DNA of 64,000 nucleotides from an uncultured Actinomycetes bacterium. Its GTDB lineage: Bacteria; Actinomycetota; Thermoleophilia; UBA2241. The stretch lies in NCBI GenBank assembly GCA_963709345.1, contig CAVPVX010000007.1, positions 608,001 to 672,000 of the forward strand, in the 5' to 3' direction. Both the position numbers and the translations under genes were made by a program. How positions within the stretch are numbered: position 1 is the first letter of the stretch; the number at the start of each line of letters is the position of its first letter. The notes beneath the pieces were generated by a model. The model searched no databases. It was not told the DNA's origin and saw nothing but the letters and a program-made list of their open reading frames with translations. Below, piece by piece: positions 28,963 through 39,163 of the stretch.

Positions 28963-29823
28963 TCAAGAGCGCGCCGCCACCTCGCGCGTGAGGCGCTCGG
29001 CCTCGCGGCGCGGCAGGCCGAGGCAGACGTGCAGGGCCGCGGCGGCGTCCCGGCGCGACAAGCCGCGGCCGAGCAGGGTCTCCGCCGCGGCCACCGCGGC
29101 GGGGCGGCGGGCGACGTCCGGGTCGAGTGGCGCTCCGACGTCGATCACCAGGGTGATCTCGCCGCGCACGGCCGCCGTCGGGCCGGCGTCGGGCCCAGGC
29201 ACAGGGTTGCGCTCGCTCAGGTCGAGCAGCGAGCCCCGCACGACCTGCTCGTGCACTTTCGTGAGCTCCCTGCAGATGGCGGCGCGCCCCTCCGGCAGCG
29301 CCGCCGCCAGCACGGCCAGGCTGCGCGCGAGCCGCCGGCCGGTCTCGAACGCGATCACGAGGCCGCCGGAGCGGCGCCACTCGGTGAAGGCGACCTCGAG
29401 CTCGCGCGCGCGGCGCGGAAGATAGCCGACGAAGCGAAAGCCGTCGCCGCCGATGCCGGCGGCGACGAGCGCCGTGAGCACCGCCGACGGCCCCGGAAGC
29501 ACCGTCATCTCCAGGTCTTCAGCAACGACGCGCTCGATGAGGCGCATGCCGGGATCCTGCACGCCGGGCATCCCGGCGTCGGTGACGAGCGCGACCGTGG
29601 ATCCGCCTCGCAGCAGGCGGAGGACCGCGTCGGTCTTCTGCAGTTCGTTGTGCTGGAAGAAGCTGGTAAGCGGGGTGTGGATGGCGAAGTGGCTGAGCAG
29701 CTTCCGCGTCCGCCGCGTGTCTTCGGCGGCGACCAGCTCGGCGTCGCGCAGCGCCTCGAGGACGCGCGGCGACACGTCCCCGAGATTGCCGATGGGGGTG
29801 GCGCATACGTAGAGCATGGTCAT
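28963..29823 (-). CDS. rsmI: 16S rRNA C1402 2'-O-methyltransferase
   Basis: LYVCATPIGNL, AAEDTR, DAGMPGVQDPG and RELTKVHE motifs. Confidence 0.95.
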   Translation of the reverse strand: MTMLYVCATPIGNLGDVSPRVLEALRDAELVAAEDTRRTRKLLSHFAIHTPLTSFFQHNELQKTDAVLRLLRGGSTVALVTDAGMPGVQDPGMRLIERVVAEDLEMTVLPGPSAVLTALVAAGIGGDGFRFVGYLPRRARELEVAFTEWRRSGGLVIAFETGRRLARSLAVLAAALPEGRAAICRELTKVHEQVVRGSLLDLSERNPVPGPDAGPTAAVRGEITLVIDVGAPLDPDVARRPAAVAAAETLLGRGLSRRDAAAALHVCLGLPRREAERLTREVAARS

Positions 29824-30341
29824 CCCTCCCGCAGAAAGCGTTCGATGAAGAGGACGTCGACCTCGCGGCCGCCGACCCGCGCGTGGCGCCGCGCGGTGCC
29901 GACGACCATGAAGCCGAGCGCAAGGTGATACGCGAGCGAGTCGAGGTTGTCGGCGCGCAGGTCGGTGAACACCTTGTCGTAGCCGAGGTCGAGGGCGGCG
30001 GCGAAGGAGGCTCGCGCCAGCGCCGCCCCCACGCCCCGGCGACGGTGAGCAGCGTCGACGTACGTGCCCATGGTCGAGACGTGGTCGAACTCGTGGGTCA
30101 CGAACGTGTTCCACGGGATCACCGTCTGGACGCCGACGACCCCGGCCGCGGGGTCCGTGGCGACGTGCATGAACGCGCGCTCGGGAAGTGCCTCGATGTA
30201 GGCGCGCTCCTCGGCGACGGTGAACGGCGTATCGAGCAGGCTGTGGCGGCCGCCGAGGATGATCGCGTTCAGCACGGCGCCGACTCCGGCGGCGTCGTCC
30301 GGGCCGGCGCGCCTGATCGAGATCCCGGCCGCGGAGCTCAC
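29820..30341 (-). CDS. GNAT family N-acetyltransferase
   Basis: YVDAAHRRRGVG acetyl-CoA motif; N..SLAYH..LGF. Confidence 0.85.
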   Translation of the reverse strand: MSSAAGISIRRAGPDDAAGVGAVLNAIILGGRHSLLDTPFTVAEERAYIEALPERAFMHVATDPAAGVVGVQTVIPWNTFVTHEFDHVSTMGTYVDAAHRRRGVGAALARASFAAALDLGYDKVFTDLRADNLDSLAYHLALGFMVVGTARRHARVGGREVDVLFIERFLREG

Positions 30342-30778
30342 GCCGGCGGCCTGCGAATGACCACCATGATCTCCAGCTCGTCGAACTCGATCGGCCGACG
30401 CCCCCGGACGCCGGCCGCGCCGCCCCAGACGTACGCGATGGGGAACCCGGCCGCTCCCCAAAGCAGGGCGAGCTCGCTGGGCACGTAGCCACACTTGCGC
30501 AGCGGAAGGCTGCGCGGCTCATCCTCGGTCTGCCGCTCCATGTCGCACGCCTCGGTCAGCGTCGCAGAGTCGAAAGCGCCGTGCTCGCTCCCGTCCAGCC
30601 TCGCGGCGTGGGTCATGGGCAGGCCGTGGAGGGCGGTGAGCAAGGACCGCGGCCACGGCGCAACGCCCAGCTCTTCCACGAGGCACTCAGCCTCGCGCAC
30701 GCTGTCGGTGGTGAACGCCTCGTTCGCATACGGAGACGCGCAGCCGTCGAAGGACTCGCGCCAGACACTGTCGGTCAT
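30338..30778 (-). pseudogene. Internally deleted class I SAM methyltransferase remnant
   Basis: N-terminus (W..FD..A..Y..EAFT) and C-terminus (YVPSEL..GF..VWGG..E.MVV) resemble this family; the GxGxG core is missing. Confidence 0.5.
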
Positions 30779-30998
30779 GCTGCTCCAGTCGGAGATCGGC
30801 TCCATTCTTTCAGGAGTGAGCCTGGGGAGCGAGTGGGCGTGCCCTGCCGGGGTGATGAAGACGCGCCCGGCCGGCGCAGGAGGACAACCGCGGCCTGCGC
30901 AGGGAGGGATGCGTCCATGTTCCGACCATCGGCTCTGGGCGCCACGGCCACAACCCCCCTGGGCAGGCGGTGGGGCCGTTGGCGGTAGACTTGCGACC

Positions 30999-31196
30999 AT
31001 GATGGACTGGCCCGCACGCATCGGTACGGCGCGCCCGTCGGACGCCCCCGCCCTGGCCGGCCTCTGCACGGAGCTCGGCTGTCGGTCGCCGGAGGCACAG
31101 TTCCGCGACCGGCTGTGCCTGCTCGCCGATCCCGAGCGGACGCTCCCCGGCTGCCGGACCGTCAAGGACCAGCGCGTCTACGAGTACCTGCCGTGA
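30999..31196 (+). pseudogene. Internally deleted GNAT remnant (65 aa)
   Basis: ARPSDAPALAGL..ELG GNAT start joined directly to a G.RTVKDQRVY GNAT end; TAGACT -10 lies 7 nt before the ATG. Confidence 0.5.
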
Positions 31197-32027
31197 AGCG
31201 CATCGTCCTCGGCGACTGCCTCGACGTGCTGTCCGGGCTGCCCGACGGCTGCGCCCGGCTGATCTACGTCGACCCGCCGTTCAACACCGGCAAGGACGCA
31301 GCGACGCACGCAGTCTCGCACCGTGCGCGACGCACGCGGTGACCGCACCGGCTTCAAGGGCGAACGCTACCGCAGCGAAGTGCTCGGCACGCACGTCGTG
31401 GCCCGACGCCTTCGACGACTACCTCGGCTTCCTGAGGCCGCGGCTCGCGGAGGCGCGGCGCGTCCTTGCCCGGGACGGCTCGCCTCTTCTTCCACATCGA
31501 CCCGCGCGAGGGCCACTACTGCAAGGTGCTGCTCGACGAGGTCTTCGGACGCGACTCGTTCCTCAACGAGATCGTCTGGGCCTACGACTACGGCGGGCGC
31601 ACGCAAGAAGCGCTGGCCGGCCAAGCACGACATGCATCTTCTGGTACGCCCGCGACCCCGCCCGCTACGTCTTCCGCCACGACGACATCGATCGCGTCCC
31701 CTACATGGCGCCCGGCCTCGTCGGCCCCGAGAAGGCCGCCCGCGGCAAGACGCCGACGGACGTGTGGTGGCAGACCATCGTCAGCCCCACCGGCACCGAG
31801 AAGACCGGCTACCCGACGCAGAAGCCTCTCAAGGTCCTCGAGCGCATCGTGCGCGTCCACTCGGATCCCGGCGACCTCGTGCTCGACTTCTTCGCCGGGA
31901 GTGGCACGACCGGCGAGGCGGCGGCGCGTCTCGGCAGGCACTACCTGCTCGTCGACTCCAACCCCGAGGCGGTCCGGGTCATGAGCTCACGGCTGGCGTG
32001 GGACGCTCCCGAGGTCTTCTCGGGTGA
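31193..32027 (+). pseudogene. Orphan N4/N6 site-specific DNA methyltransferase (beta class), at least five frameshifts; 3' end approximate
   Basis: GDCL, YVDPPF, FLNEIVWAY, YPTQKP and DFFAGSGTT motifs are spread over successive frames. Confidence 0.8.
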
Positions 32028-32124
32028 GAGACGCGCGATCGACTCCACGGCCTGCGCAGCCGGAGGCCCGGGAAGCCGCGCGATCGCGCACGGCAGCCCG
32101 ACCCGCGAACGACAGGCGACCCGA

Positions 32125-32170
32125 GACGGCGAAGGGGCCGGCTCCTCACGGAACCGGCCCCTTCGCCGTC
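32125..32170. terminator. GC-rich hairpin between the convergent methyltransferase and ferredoxin genes
   Basis: GACGGCGAAGGGGCCGG ... CCGGCCCCTTCGCCGTC, perfect 17-bp stem. Confidence 0.75.
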
Positions 32171-32188
32171 GGTCTCTGCCGGTTCAGA

Positions 32189-32446
<258 letters not shown>

Positions 32447-32486
32447 TCAAGACGACGAGGAGCCCGGGCCGGGAACCCGGCACCGG

Positions 32487-33522
32487 TCACGTCGTGGAAT
32501 GAGGACCCGGCGACCGTCCGTCGCCCGGGAAGAGCTCCGTGAGCGCCAGCGCGGCGGCGCCGATGAAGCCGGCATCGGCGCCCAGCGCGGCCGGGACGAT
32601 GCGCACGCGGTCGCGCGCCGGAGGCAGGCCGCGGGCGGCGAGGACGCGCCGGGCGGGAGCCAGCAGGAGCTCGCCCGCCGCCGCCGCGCCGCCGCCGATG
32701 ACGACCAGCTCGGGGTCGAAGATGTTGACCAGCGTCACGAGTCCCGCGCCCAGATACTCGCCGGCGCGCTCGACGAGAGCGGCGGCGCCGGCGTCGCCGC
32801 CCAGCGCCAGTTCCGTGAGCAGGCGGCTGTCGACCGCGCTCGCCGGCGGCCAGGGCGCGGCCCAGCGCCGAGTCCGGGTGGGCGCGGGCATGCGCCGCAG
32901 CCGCCGCGCCCATCGCGGTACCGGAAGCGTACGCCTCGAGACACCCCCTGCCGGGACACCCGCCCGGGCAGTCGGGGCCGTCGATGTCCAGGATGATGTG
33001 GCCGAGCTCCGCGGCCGCACCGCTCGCGCCGCGGTACGGACGGCCCCGGCAGATGATGCCGCCGCCGACGCCGGTCCCAAGGGTGAGCATGAGCATCTCG
33101 CTCGTCCCCGCACCGGCGCCGAAGACGTGCTCCCCGACCGTAGCCGCCGTGGCGTCGTTGTCGAGAGCGACGGGCAGCCCGGTGTGGGCGCGCAGGATGT
33201 CGCGCAACGGCACGTCGGCGAGCGGCAGGTTGACCGACTCGATGACGGCGCCGGCGTCGAAGTCGACCATGGAGGCCACCCCGACGCCGATCGCGTCGGC
33301 GTCGCCCGCCGCTGCGAGCCGGTCGACGCAGGCGAGAATGCCGGCCAGACACTCCGCCGACGAAGACTGGCTCGTCGGCGCCACGAACCGTTCGCCCACG
33401 AGCGGCGTCTCCAGCCCGGGAGACGGATGCGCGCCGCGAGCGGGCAGACTCCCGCGCACGAGCGCTCCGGCGACCTTGGTGCCGCCGATGTCGACGCCGA
33501 TGATCGTGTGCTCCGGGCCCAT
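32487..33522 (-). CDS. ROK family sugar kinase (glucokinase-like), frameshift near 32838
   Basis: GVDIGGTK, DNDA, TLGTGVGGG, ELGH and CPGGC..GCLE motifs; the C-terminus DPELVVIGGG..AGFIGAA is in the adjacent frame. Confidence 0.88.
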
Positions 33523-33665
33523 GACGACCCGCAGCTTACCATGGTGTAGACTCGGCACCAGAGGAAGCGCCCGCTCTCGGGCGTGATCAGCTGAAACGCC
33601 GGCGCCCCGCCCCCCGCGACCACCAACGCACCAGGCGTTGCCTCGCGCGCGCGAGGCGCACTCGC

Positions 33666-34856
33666 ATGACGAGACAGGACGACAGAGAAGGGCCGAAGGC
33701 CTACCGGACGTACAAGGCGCGCCGCACCCGGCGCAGCCACGTCGACGACGAGCTCGCCGGAGCACGCCGCGCGCGCGAGCCTCGCCCTCGCAGCCACGAG
33801 GCGAAGGTCGGCCGAGCCTCCGCCGACTACCCGGAGCGCAGCGACAAGGCGTACCACACCTACGGGCCCGCCCCGTCCGGGGGCAAGGGCGGCGGCAAGA
33901 AGAGCAGGCACGGAGGAGGCGGCCGACCGGCCAGACGGCGGCGGCGCTTCCGCTGGTGGTACGTACCCGTGGGCGTCTTCGCGGCCCTGGCGATCGCCGG
34001 CGTCGTCCTCACCGTCCTCGCCTGGCCCGGCTACCAGACCTTCGACCGCGCCGTCGACAAGTCCAACAAGCGCCTCGACAAGAAGACCAAGGCGCGGCTC
34101 GACCCCGACGCCGGCTGGATCTGGCGCAACGGGACCACACTGCTGCTGCTGGGCGTCGACAGCAAGGCGGGTGAGCCCGCCCGCTCGGACACGATCATGC
34201 TGATGCGCTTCAACCCGAAGACTCGCACGATCAACCAGCTCTCCATCCCGCGCGACACGAAGGTCGAGATCCCCGGCCGCGGCACCGGCAAGATCAACAC
34301 CGCGATGTTCTGGGGCGGCCCGTCACTCGCCCTCCAGACCGTGCAGGAGTTCACCGGCATCCCCATCAACCACGTGATGGTCGTCGACTTCAAGGGCTTC
34401 CCCCGCCTCGTCAACGCGGTGGGCGGCGTCGACATGAGGATCCCGAAGACGGTCACGACGACCGCCGGCAGCAACGCCCGGACGGTCGTCTTCAAGAAGG
34501 GCATGCACCACTTCGACGGCAAGTACGCGATGCTCTACGTACGCATCCGTTACGCCGACGACGACTTCCACCGCGCCTCCCGCCAGCAGGCGTTCATCCA
34601 GGCGCTCCAGAAGAAGATCGCGCAGCCGTCAAACGTCACCCGGCTTCCCGAGATCGGCAAGCGGTTCATGAGCGGCGTCGCCACAGATCTGACGACCAAC
34701 CAGATCCTCGAGCTCGCCTACCTCAAGTGGCGCTCCGGCGACGGCAAGAAGATGGTCATGACCGGCACTCCCGGCTGGGAAGGCGGAGTCTCATACGTCT
34801 TCCCGCCCGACGAGGCCACCCGCACCCGCCAGCTCGAGCGCTTCCTCGGCGACTGA
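33666..34856 (+). CDS. LytR-CpsA-Psr (LCP) family phosphotransferase
   Basis: Transmembrane helix; LLLGVDS, RSDTIML, SIPRDT and RIR..DDFHR..RQQ motifs. Confidence 0.92.
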   Translation: MTRQDDREGPKAYRTYKARRTRRSHVDDELAGARRAREPRPRSHEAKVGRASADYPERSDKAYHTYGPAPSGGKGGGKKSRHGGGGRPARRRRRFRWWYVPVGVFAALAIAGVVLTVLAWPGYQTFDRAVDKSNKRLDKKTKARLDPDAGWIWRNGTTLLLLGVDSKAGEPARSDTIMLMRFNPKTRTINQLSIPRDTKVEIPGRGTGKINTAMFWGGPSLALQTVQEFTGIPINHVMVVDFKGFPRLVNAVGGVDMRIPKTVTTTAGSNARTVVFKKGMHHFDGKYAMLYVRIRYADDDFHRASRQQAFIQALQKKIAQPSNVTRLPEIGKRFMSGVATDLTTNQILELAYLKWRSGDGKKMVMTGTPGWEGGVSYVFPPDEATRTRQLERFLGD

Positions 34857-34863
34857 GTCGCGC

Positions 34864-35649
34864 TCAGTACTCCACGGCGACCAGAGCGAGGCCGCGCGCC
34901 GGAGCAGTCTGACCCATGCGCCGGCGCTCCCCGGTCGCCAGGGCTGCGGCGAAGTCGTCGCACGTCGTGCGCCCCTGGCCCACGTCGACCATCGAGCCCA
35001 CGGCCACTCGCACCATGTTGTGCAGGAAGCTGCCGGCGGTGATCTCGAAGCGCCACTCGCCGCCCTCTCCGTCCGGCGTGGGACCCACGCGGCGCCACTC
35101 CGCCGAGAGCACCTCGCGCACGCAGGTGTGGTACATGTGCGCCGACGGGGTGAGAGCGGCGAAGTCGCGGTGGCCGGGCAGCAGCCGCGCCGCCGCCGCC
35201 AGCGCCGCCCCGTCGAGCGCGCCGCGCAGATTCCAGACGAAGGTGCGCTCGGCGACGGGCTTCACCGGAGACGCCCACAGCCGGTAGACGTAGGTGCGCG
35301 AGCGCGCCGCCCTGGCGCTGAAACCGGGCGCCGCCGGTGACACCTTCACAACCGCGACGGCCGGCGGCAGCAGAGCGTTGAGCGACATCCGCAGGCGCTC
35401 CGGCCGGACGTCTCGACGGGCGCAGGAGAACGAAGCCACCTGCGCCCACGCGTGGACGCCGGCGTCCGTCCGGCCGGCGACGCTGAGGCGGACGCTCTCA
35501 CGAAGCACGGTGGCGAGCGCCTCTTCCAGCACGCCTTCGACGGTCCGCTGCCCGGGCTGCTTCGCCCAGCCCCGGAAACCGGTGCCCTCGTACGTCAGAT
35601 CCAGACGCCAGACCGGCGGCGCGTCGCCGCCCCGTGTCGCCTCGCTCAC
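34864..35649 (-). CDS. truA: tRNA pseudouridine(38-40) synthase
   Basis: YEGTGFRGW, AGRTDAGVHA, FLHNMVR and TAPARGL motifs. Confidence 0.95.
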   Translation of the reverse strand: MSEATRGGDAPPVWRLDLTYEGTGFRGWAKQPGQRTVEGVLEEALATVLRESVRLSVAGRTDAGVHAWAQVASFSCARRDVRPERLRMSLNALLPPAVAVVKVSPAAPGFSARAARSRTYVYRLWASPVKPVAERTFVWNLRGALDGAALAAAARLLPGHRDFAALTPSAHMYHTCVREVLSAEWRRVGPTPDGEGGEWRFEITAGSFLHNMVRVAVGSMVDVGQGRTTCDDFAAALATGERRRMGQTAPARGLALVAVEY

Positions 35650-35691
35650 GTGGCCTCCTTGCGGCGTCTCGAGTACAGGATCCCCGGCATC

Positions 35692-36474
35692 CTATACGAG
35701 GAGCCCCACGGCGATGACCGCCGCAGTGAGGGCCAGAAGGACGGCGTCGGCCACTCCGGCGCGCAGCGGGTGCAGCCTCGTCCGGACGATCCCCGGCCGG
35801 TAGCAGCGCGCCTCCATGGCCAGCGCCAGCTCGTCCGCGCGGCGAAAGCTGAGCACGAACAGCGGGACGAGCACGGGCACAAGAGCGCGGGCGCGCCTGC
35901 CGATGCCGCCGCTGCGAAAGTCGGCGCCACGGGCGCGCTGGGCACGCATGATCTGGTCGAGTTCGACGAGCAACGTCGGGATGAAGCGCAGGGCGATCGT
36001 GACCATGAGCGCCAGTTCGTCGGTCGGCACGCGCAGGCGACGGAGCGGCCTGCCCAGCCAGGCGAGACCGTCGGTGAGCGCGATCGGCGGCGTCGTGAGG
36101 GTGAGCACGGAGCCGATCAGGACGAGGACGATGAGCCGTAGACTGAGGAAGGCCGCGAGGTCGAGACCGGCCCACGAGAGCTCAAAGATCCAGAAGCTGA
36201 AGAAGGGCACCCCGGGAGCGAAGAGCACCTGGGCGAGAAAGGTGAAGCCGACCAGCCACAGGAGCGGCCGCACGGCGCGCCAGAACCAGGCCGCAGGGAC
36301 ACCGCTGAGCGCGAAGGCAGCCGCGCCGGCGCCGGCGAACACGAGCAGCCCCGCGTAGGAGTCGCGCACGAACAGCGCCACCGCGAGCACGCTGACGGCG
36401 ACGAACTTGGTGCGAGGGTCGAGACGGTGGATCGGCGACGTGCCCGGGTAGTATTGGGCGATGGTCGCCTTCAC
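35692..36474 (-). CDS. ecfT: ECF transporter transmembrane component T
   Basis: HRLDPRTK, ALRFIP, AQRARG and AMEARCY motifs. Confidence 0.93.
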   Translation of the reverse strand: MKATIAQYYPGTSPIHRLDPRTKFVAVSVLAVALFVRDSYAGLLVFAGAGAAAFALSGVPAAWFWRAVRPLLWLVGFTFLAQVLFAPGVPFFSFWIFELSWAGLDLAAFLSLRLIVLVLIGSVLTLTTPPIALTDGLAWLGRPLRRLRVPTDELALMVTIALRFIPTLLVELDQIMRAQRARGADFRSGGIGRRARALVPVLVPLFVLSFRRADELALAMEARCYRPGIVRTRLHPLRAGVADAVLLALTAAVIAVGLLV

Positions 36475-37337
36475 GACAGGAGTTCGGCGGCCGCGGCGGC
36501 CGTTCGGGGAGCTTCACGAGGGTCGCGCCCGAGGCGCCGCCACAGCGTGACCAACAAGGGCTCGCGCAGGCGGTTCGCAGCGAGCAGACGGGCGCCGGCG
36601 TCACCGAAGTCCCAGGCGCCGACGCTCACCACGCGCCCCTCGTCGAGGAGGAGCAGCTCGTCGCAAAGCGCCCAGGCGAGGTCGATGTCGTGCGTCGCGA
36701 GCACCAGCGTCACCCCGCCGTCCTTGAGCCGCCGCAGGATGTGCACAAGCTCGCGCCGCGTCTGAGGGTCGAGGCTCACGAAAGGCTCGTCGAGCAAGAG
36801 CAGACGAGGCTTCATCGCGAGCACGCCGGCCAGGGCGAGCCGCCGCTGTTCGCCCCCGGAAAGCGTGTACGGGTGGCGGTCGCCGAAGTCCGCCGGCGGC
36901 AGCCCCGACAGATCCATCGCCGCATCGACCGCAGCCGTGACATCGGCGTCGGACCAGCCCAGACGACGCGGACCAAAGGCCACGTCCTCCTTCGCCGTCG
37001 CCGCGAAGAGCTGCAGCTCGGGCGCCTGGAACACGAGGCCGACCTCACGGCGCAGCTCCGCGTGGCCCGACTCACCAGAGGCACACCCGTCGAGGAAGAC
37101 GACGCCGGACTCGGCCTCGTCGAGTCCGCGCACGACCTGCAGAAGCGTCGACTTGCCGGAGCCTGACGCCCCCAGCAACGCCAGCGACCCGCCGGCGGCC
37201 AGCTCGAAGCTCACGTCGCGAAGGGCGGGTATCGCACGCCGCCCCTCGCTGTAGGAGAAGCCGACACCGCGGCAAGCGACGGCTATGCCGGGCGGCGAGC
37301 CTCCCCGGCCGGCCGGTGCCGAGGACCTCTGGCTCAC
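36471..37337 (-). CDS. ecfA2: ECF transporter ATPase A2
   Basis: GASGSGKST, FQAPELQLF, LSGGEQRR and LDEP motifs. Confidence 0.9.
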   Translation of the reverse strand: MSQRSSAPAGRGGSPPGIAVACRGVGFSYSEGRRAIPALRDVSFELAAGGSLALLGASGSGKSTLLQVVRGLDEAESGVVFLDGCASGESGHAELRREVGLVFQAPELQLFAATAKEDVAFGPRRLGWSDADVTAAVDAAMDLSGLPPADFGDRHPYTLSGGEQRRLALAGVLAMKPRLLLLDEPFVSLDPQTRRELVHILRRLKDGGVTLVLATHDIDLAWALCDELLLLDEGRVVSVGAWDFGDAGARLLAANRLREPLLVTLWRRLGRDPREAPRTAAAAAELLS

Positions 37338-38188
37338 GACGGCCCCTGCAGAGCGCCGACGAGATCGTCCAGCGTCAGCGGCAACGGGCCGTCGAGACGG
37401 CGCCCGCGGCCGGCGAGCTCGAGCGCGACCTCACCGGCCGCGGGCAGCCCGAGACCCAGACGCCGCACCAGAGCGCCGTCGCCGAAGAGACCGGCGGCGG
37501 CGCCCGCGTACACGACAGACCCGCGTTCGAGCGCCAGCGCGCGGTCGGCGCCGGGCACCTCGTCCATCTCCTGCGTGACGAAGACGATCGCGAGGCCGCC
37601 GTCCCGCAGCGCCGCGACGGCCTCGAGCACCTCTTCGCGGCCCGCCGGGTCGAGCATCGCCGTCGGCTCGTCCAGCACCAGCACCTTCCGCGGCACGGCC
37701 AGGACGCCCGCCAGCGCCGTGCGCTGCTTCTGGCCGCCGGAGAGCAGGTGCGGCTCGCGGCGGCGCAGGTCGCCCAGCCCGAACCTCTCAAGCATCTCGT
37801 CGACCCGGGCCCGCATGTCGGCCGGCGGCCAGCCGAGGTTCTCGAGGCCGAAGGCTATGTCGTCCTCCACGCAGTCGGCGACCAGCTGGTTCTCGGGATT
37901 CTGGAAAAGGACGCCCACGTCTCGCCGCGCCCCGAACCTGCCATCCTCGCTCAGCAGGTCGTGCCCGACGGCGACGGCGCGACGCGCGAAGGCGGCCTTC
38001 TCGAGGCCGCCCAGGATACGCGCCAGCGTGGACTTGCCGGAGCCGTTGGCGCCCACGACGGCGAGTGTCCGCCCGGCCTCGACCACCAGGGAGAGGTCGG
38101 CGAGCGCGTCGGCGCGCGCGCCGGCGTACCGGTAGTGCAGACCGGCGATGTCGACGAGCGGAGGTGAGCTGGGCAGAGGCGGGATCAT
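37334..38188 (-). CDS. ecfA1: ECF transporter ATPase A1
   Basis: GANGSGKST, FQNPENQ, LSGGQKQR and DEPTAMLDP motifs. Confidence 0.92.
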   Translation of the reverse strand: MIPPLPSSPPLVDIAGLHYRYAGARADALADLSLVVEAGRTLAVVGANGSGKSTLARILGGLEKAAFARRAVAVGHDLLSEDGRFGARRDVGVLFQNPENQLVADCVEDDIAFGLENLGWPPADMRARVDEMLERFGLGDLRRREPHLLSGGQKQRTALAGVLAVPRKVLVLDEPTAMLDPAGREEVLEAVAALRDGGLAIVFVTQEMDEVPGADRALALERGSVVYAGAAAGLFGDGALVRRLGLGLPAAGEVALELAGRGRRLDGPLPLTLDDLVGALQGPS

Positions 38189-38282
38189 ACGAGCCGAAGC
38201 TTATCGCATCGTCCACGGCGGCCCGGCCGTCCCGGCCGGCATGGCCACCGGATGCCTCGCCGGCCGCTGCGATGGGAGCGGA

Positions 38283-38331
38283 ACCATGAGCGACGGGGCG
38301 GGCCCTTCGAGCCCGCCCCGTCGCTCATGGT
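38283..38331. terminator. Long perfect hairpin closing the hdr-like operon
   Basis: ACCATGAGCGACGGGGCGGGC-ccttcga-GCCCGCCCCGTCGCTCATGGT, 21-bp stem. Confidence 0.75.
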
Positions 38332-38342
38332 CATTGGGTACT

Positions 38343-38381
38343 GCCGACGGACGGCGCGACCGCGCCGCGAGATCGTCAGCC
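38343..38381 (-). promoter_or_regulatory. Putative bacterial SECIS element after the UGA of the FmdB-like gene
   Basis: UGA-G-GCUGACG-aucucg-CGGCGC-GGUC-GCGCCG-uc-CGUCGGC; the GGUC apical loop starts 20 nt after the UGA. Confidence 0.65.
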
Positions 38382-38582
38382 TCAGCCGAACCCGCTGCTG
38401 CGCTGCGGAGCGCCGCACGACGGATCCGAGAGGGCGCCGTTGCGGAAGAAGCTCGCGAGCGTCTGCCGCACATGCTGCGAGCGACACTCGGGACAGCGCT
38501 TCTGTTTGTCGCGTATCGCGACCCGCGTCAGAACCTCGAACGTGTGGCCGCAGTCCTTGCAGATGAGATCGATGTGCGCCAT
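38376..38582 (-). CDS. FmdB-family zinc-ribbon protein, probable C-terminal selenocysteine (GFG-U-G)
   Basis: CKDC..CPEC zinc ribbon; TTC GGC TGA GGC TGA followed by a SECIS-like hairpin. If the UGA is a stop, the gene ends at 38382. Confidence 0.8.
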
Positions 38583-38616
38583 GGGCGGTGCCTGCTCCTT
38601 GGGTGAGTCGGGGGCG

Positions 38617-39099
38617 TCAGATGAACAGGTTGACGTTGGCCTCGTCGGCCTTTCCGAGGTAGGCCGCCACGCCCTCGAACTCGATGTCGTCGATGAGCTC
38701 CTCCTTCGTGAAGCCCAGGATGTCCATCGAGAGCGTGCAAGCGACGAACTCCACGCCCATCTCGCGGGCGCTGTCGAAGAGCTCCTCGAGCGACATTCCG
38801 CCGGCGTCCTTTGTGGCCTTCCTCATCATGGGACTGCCGGCTCCGGCGAAGTTCATCTTGGAGAGTCCGAGCTTCTTCGTGCCCTTGGGCATCATCCGGC
38901 CGAACATCGACTGAAGCGTAGACTTCTTGGCCTCGGTCGGGACCTTCTCCGGCTTGCGGAGGATGTTCAGACCCCAGAAGGTGCAGAAGATCGTGACGTC
39001 GTCGCCCATAGCGGCGGCGCCGTTGGCGATGATGAGTGCCGCCATCACCTTGTCGAAGTCGCCACTGAACAGGATGATCGTCTTCTTGGTCGTGTCCAC
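38617..39099 (-). CDS. DsrE/DrsE_2-family sulfur-relay protein
   Basis: FSGDFDK, IIANGAAAMG, FCTFWGL and ACTLSMD (conserved Cys) motifs. Confidence 0.9.
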   Translation of the reverse strand: MDTTKKTIILFSGDFDKVMAALIIANGAAAMGDDVTIFCTFWGLNILRKPEKVPTEAKKSTLQSMFGRMMPKGTKKLGLSKMNFAGAGSPMMRKATKDAGGMSLEELFDSAREMGVEFVACTLSMDILGFTKEELIDDIEFEGVAAYLGKADEANVNLFI

Positions 39100-39163
39100 T
39101 CCAGCACCTCCAGTGCTGTCCGTTTGTTGCCTTTCGAGACCGGGGGCCTGCGCGGGCCCTGCC

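Noticed and set aside
38200-38280. GC-rich stems upstream of ecfA1 as a possible vitamin riboswitch
   Set aside because: No recognisable aptamer motif, and a -10 element sits just before the ATG, leaving no leader.
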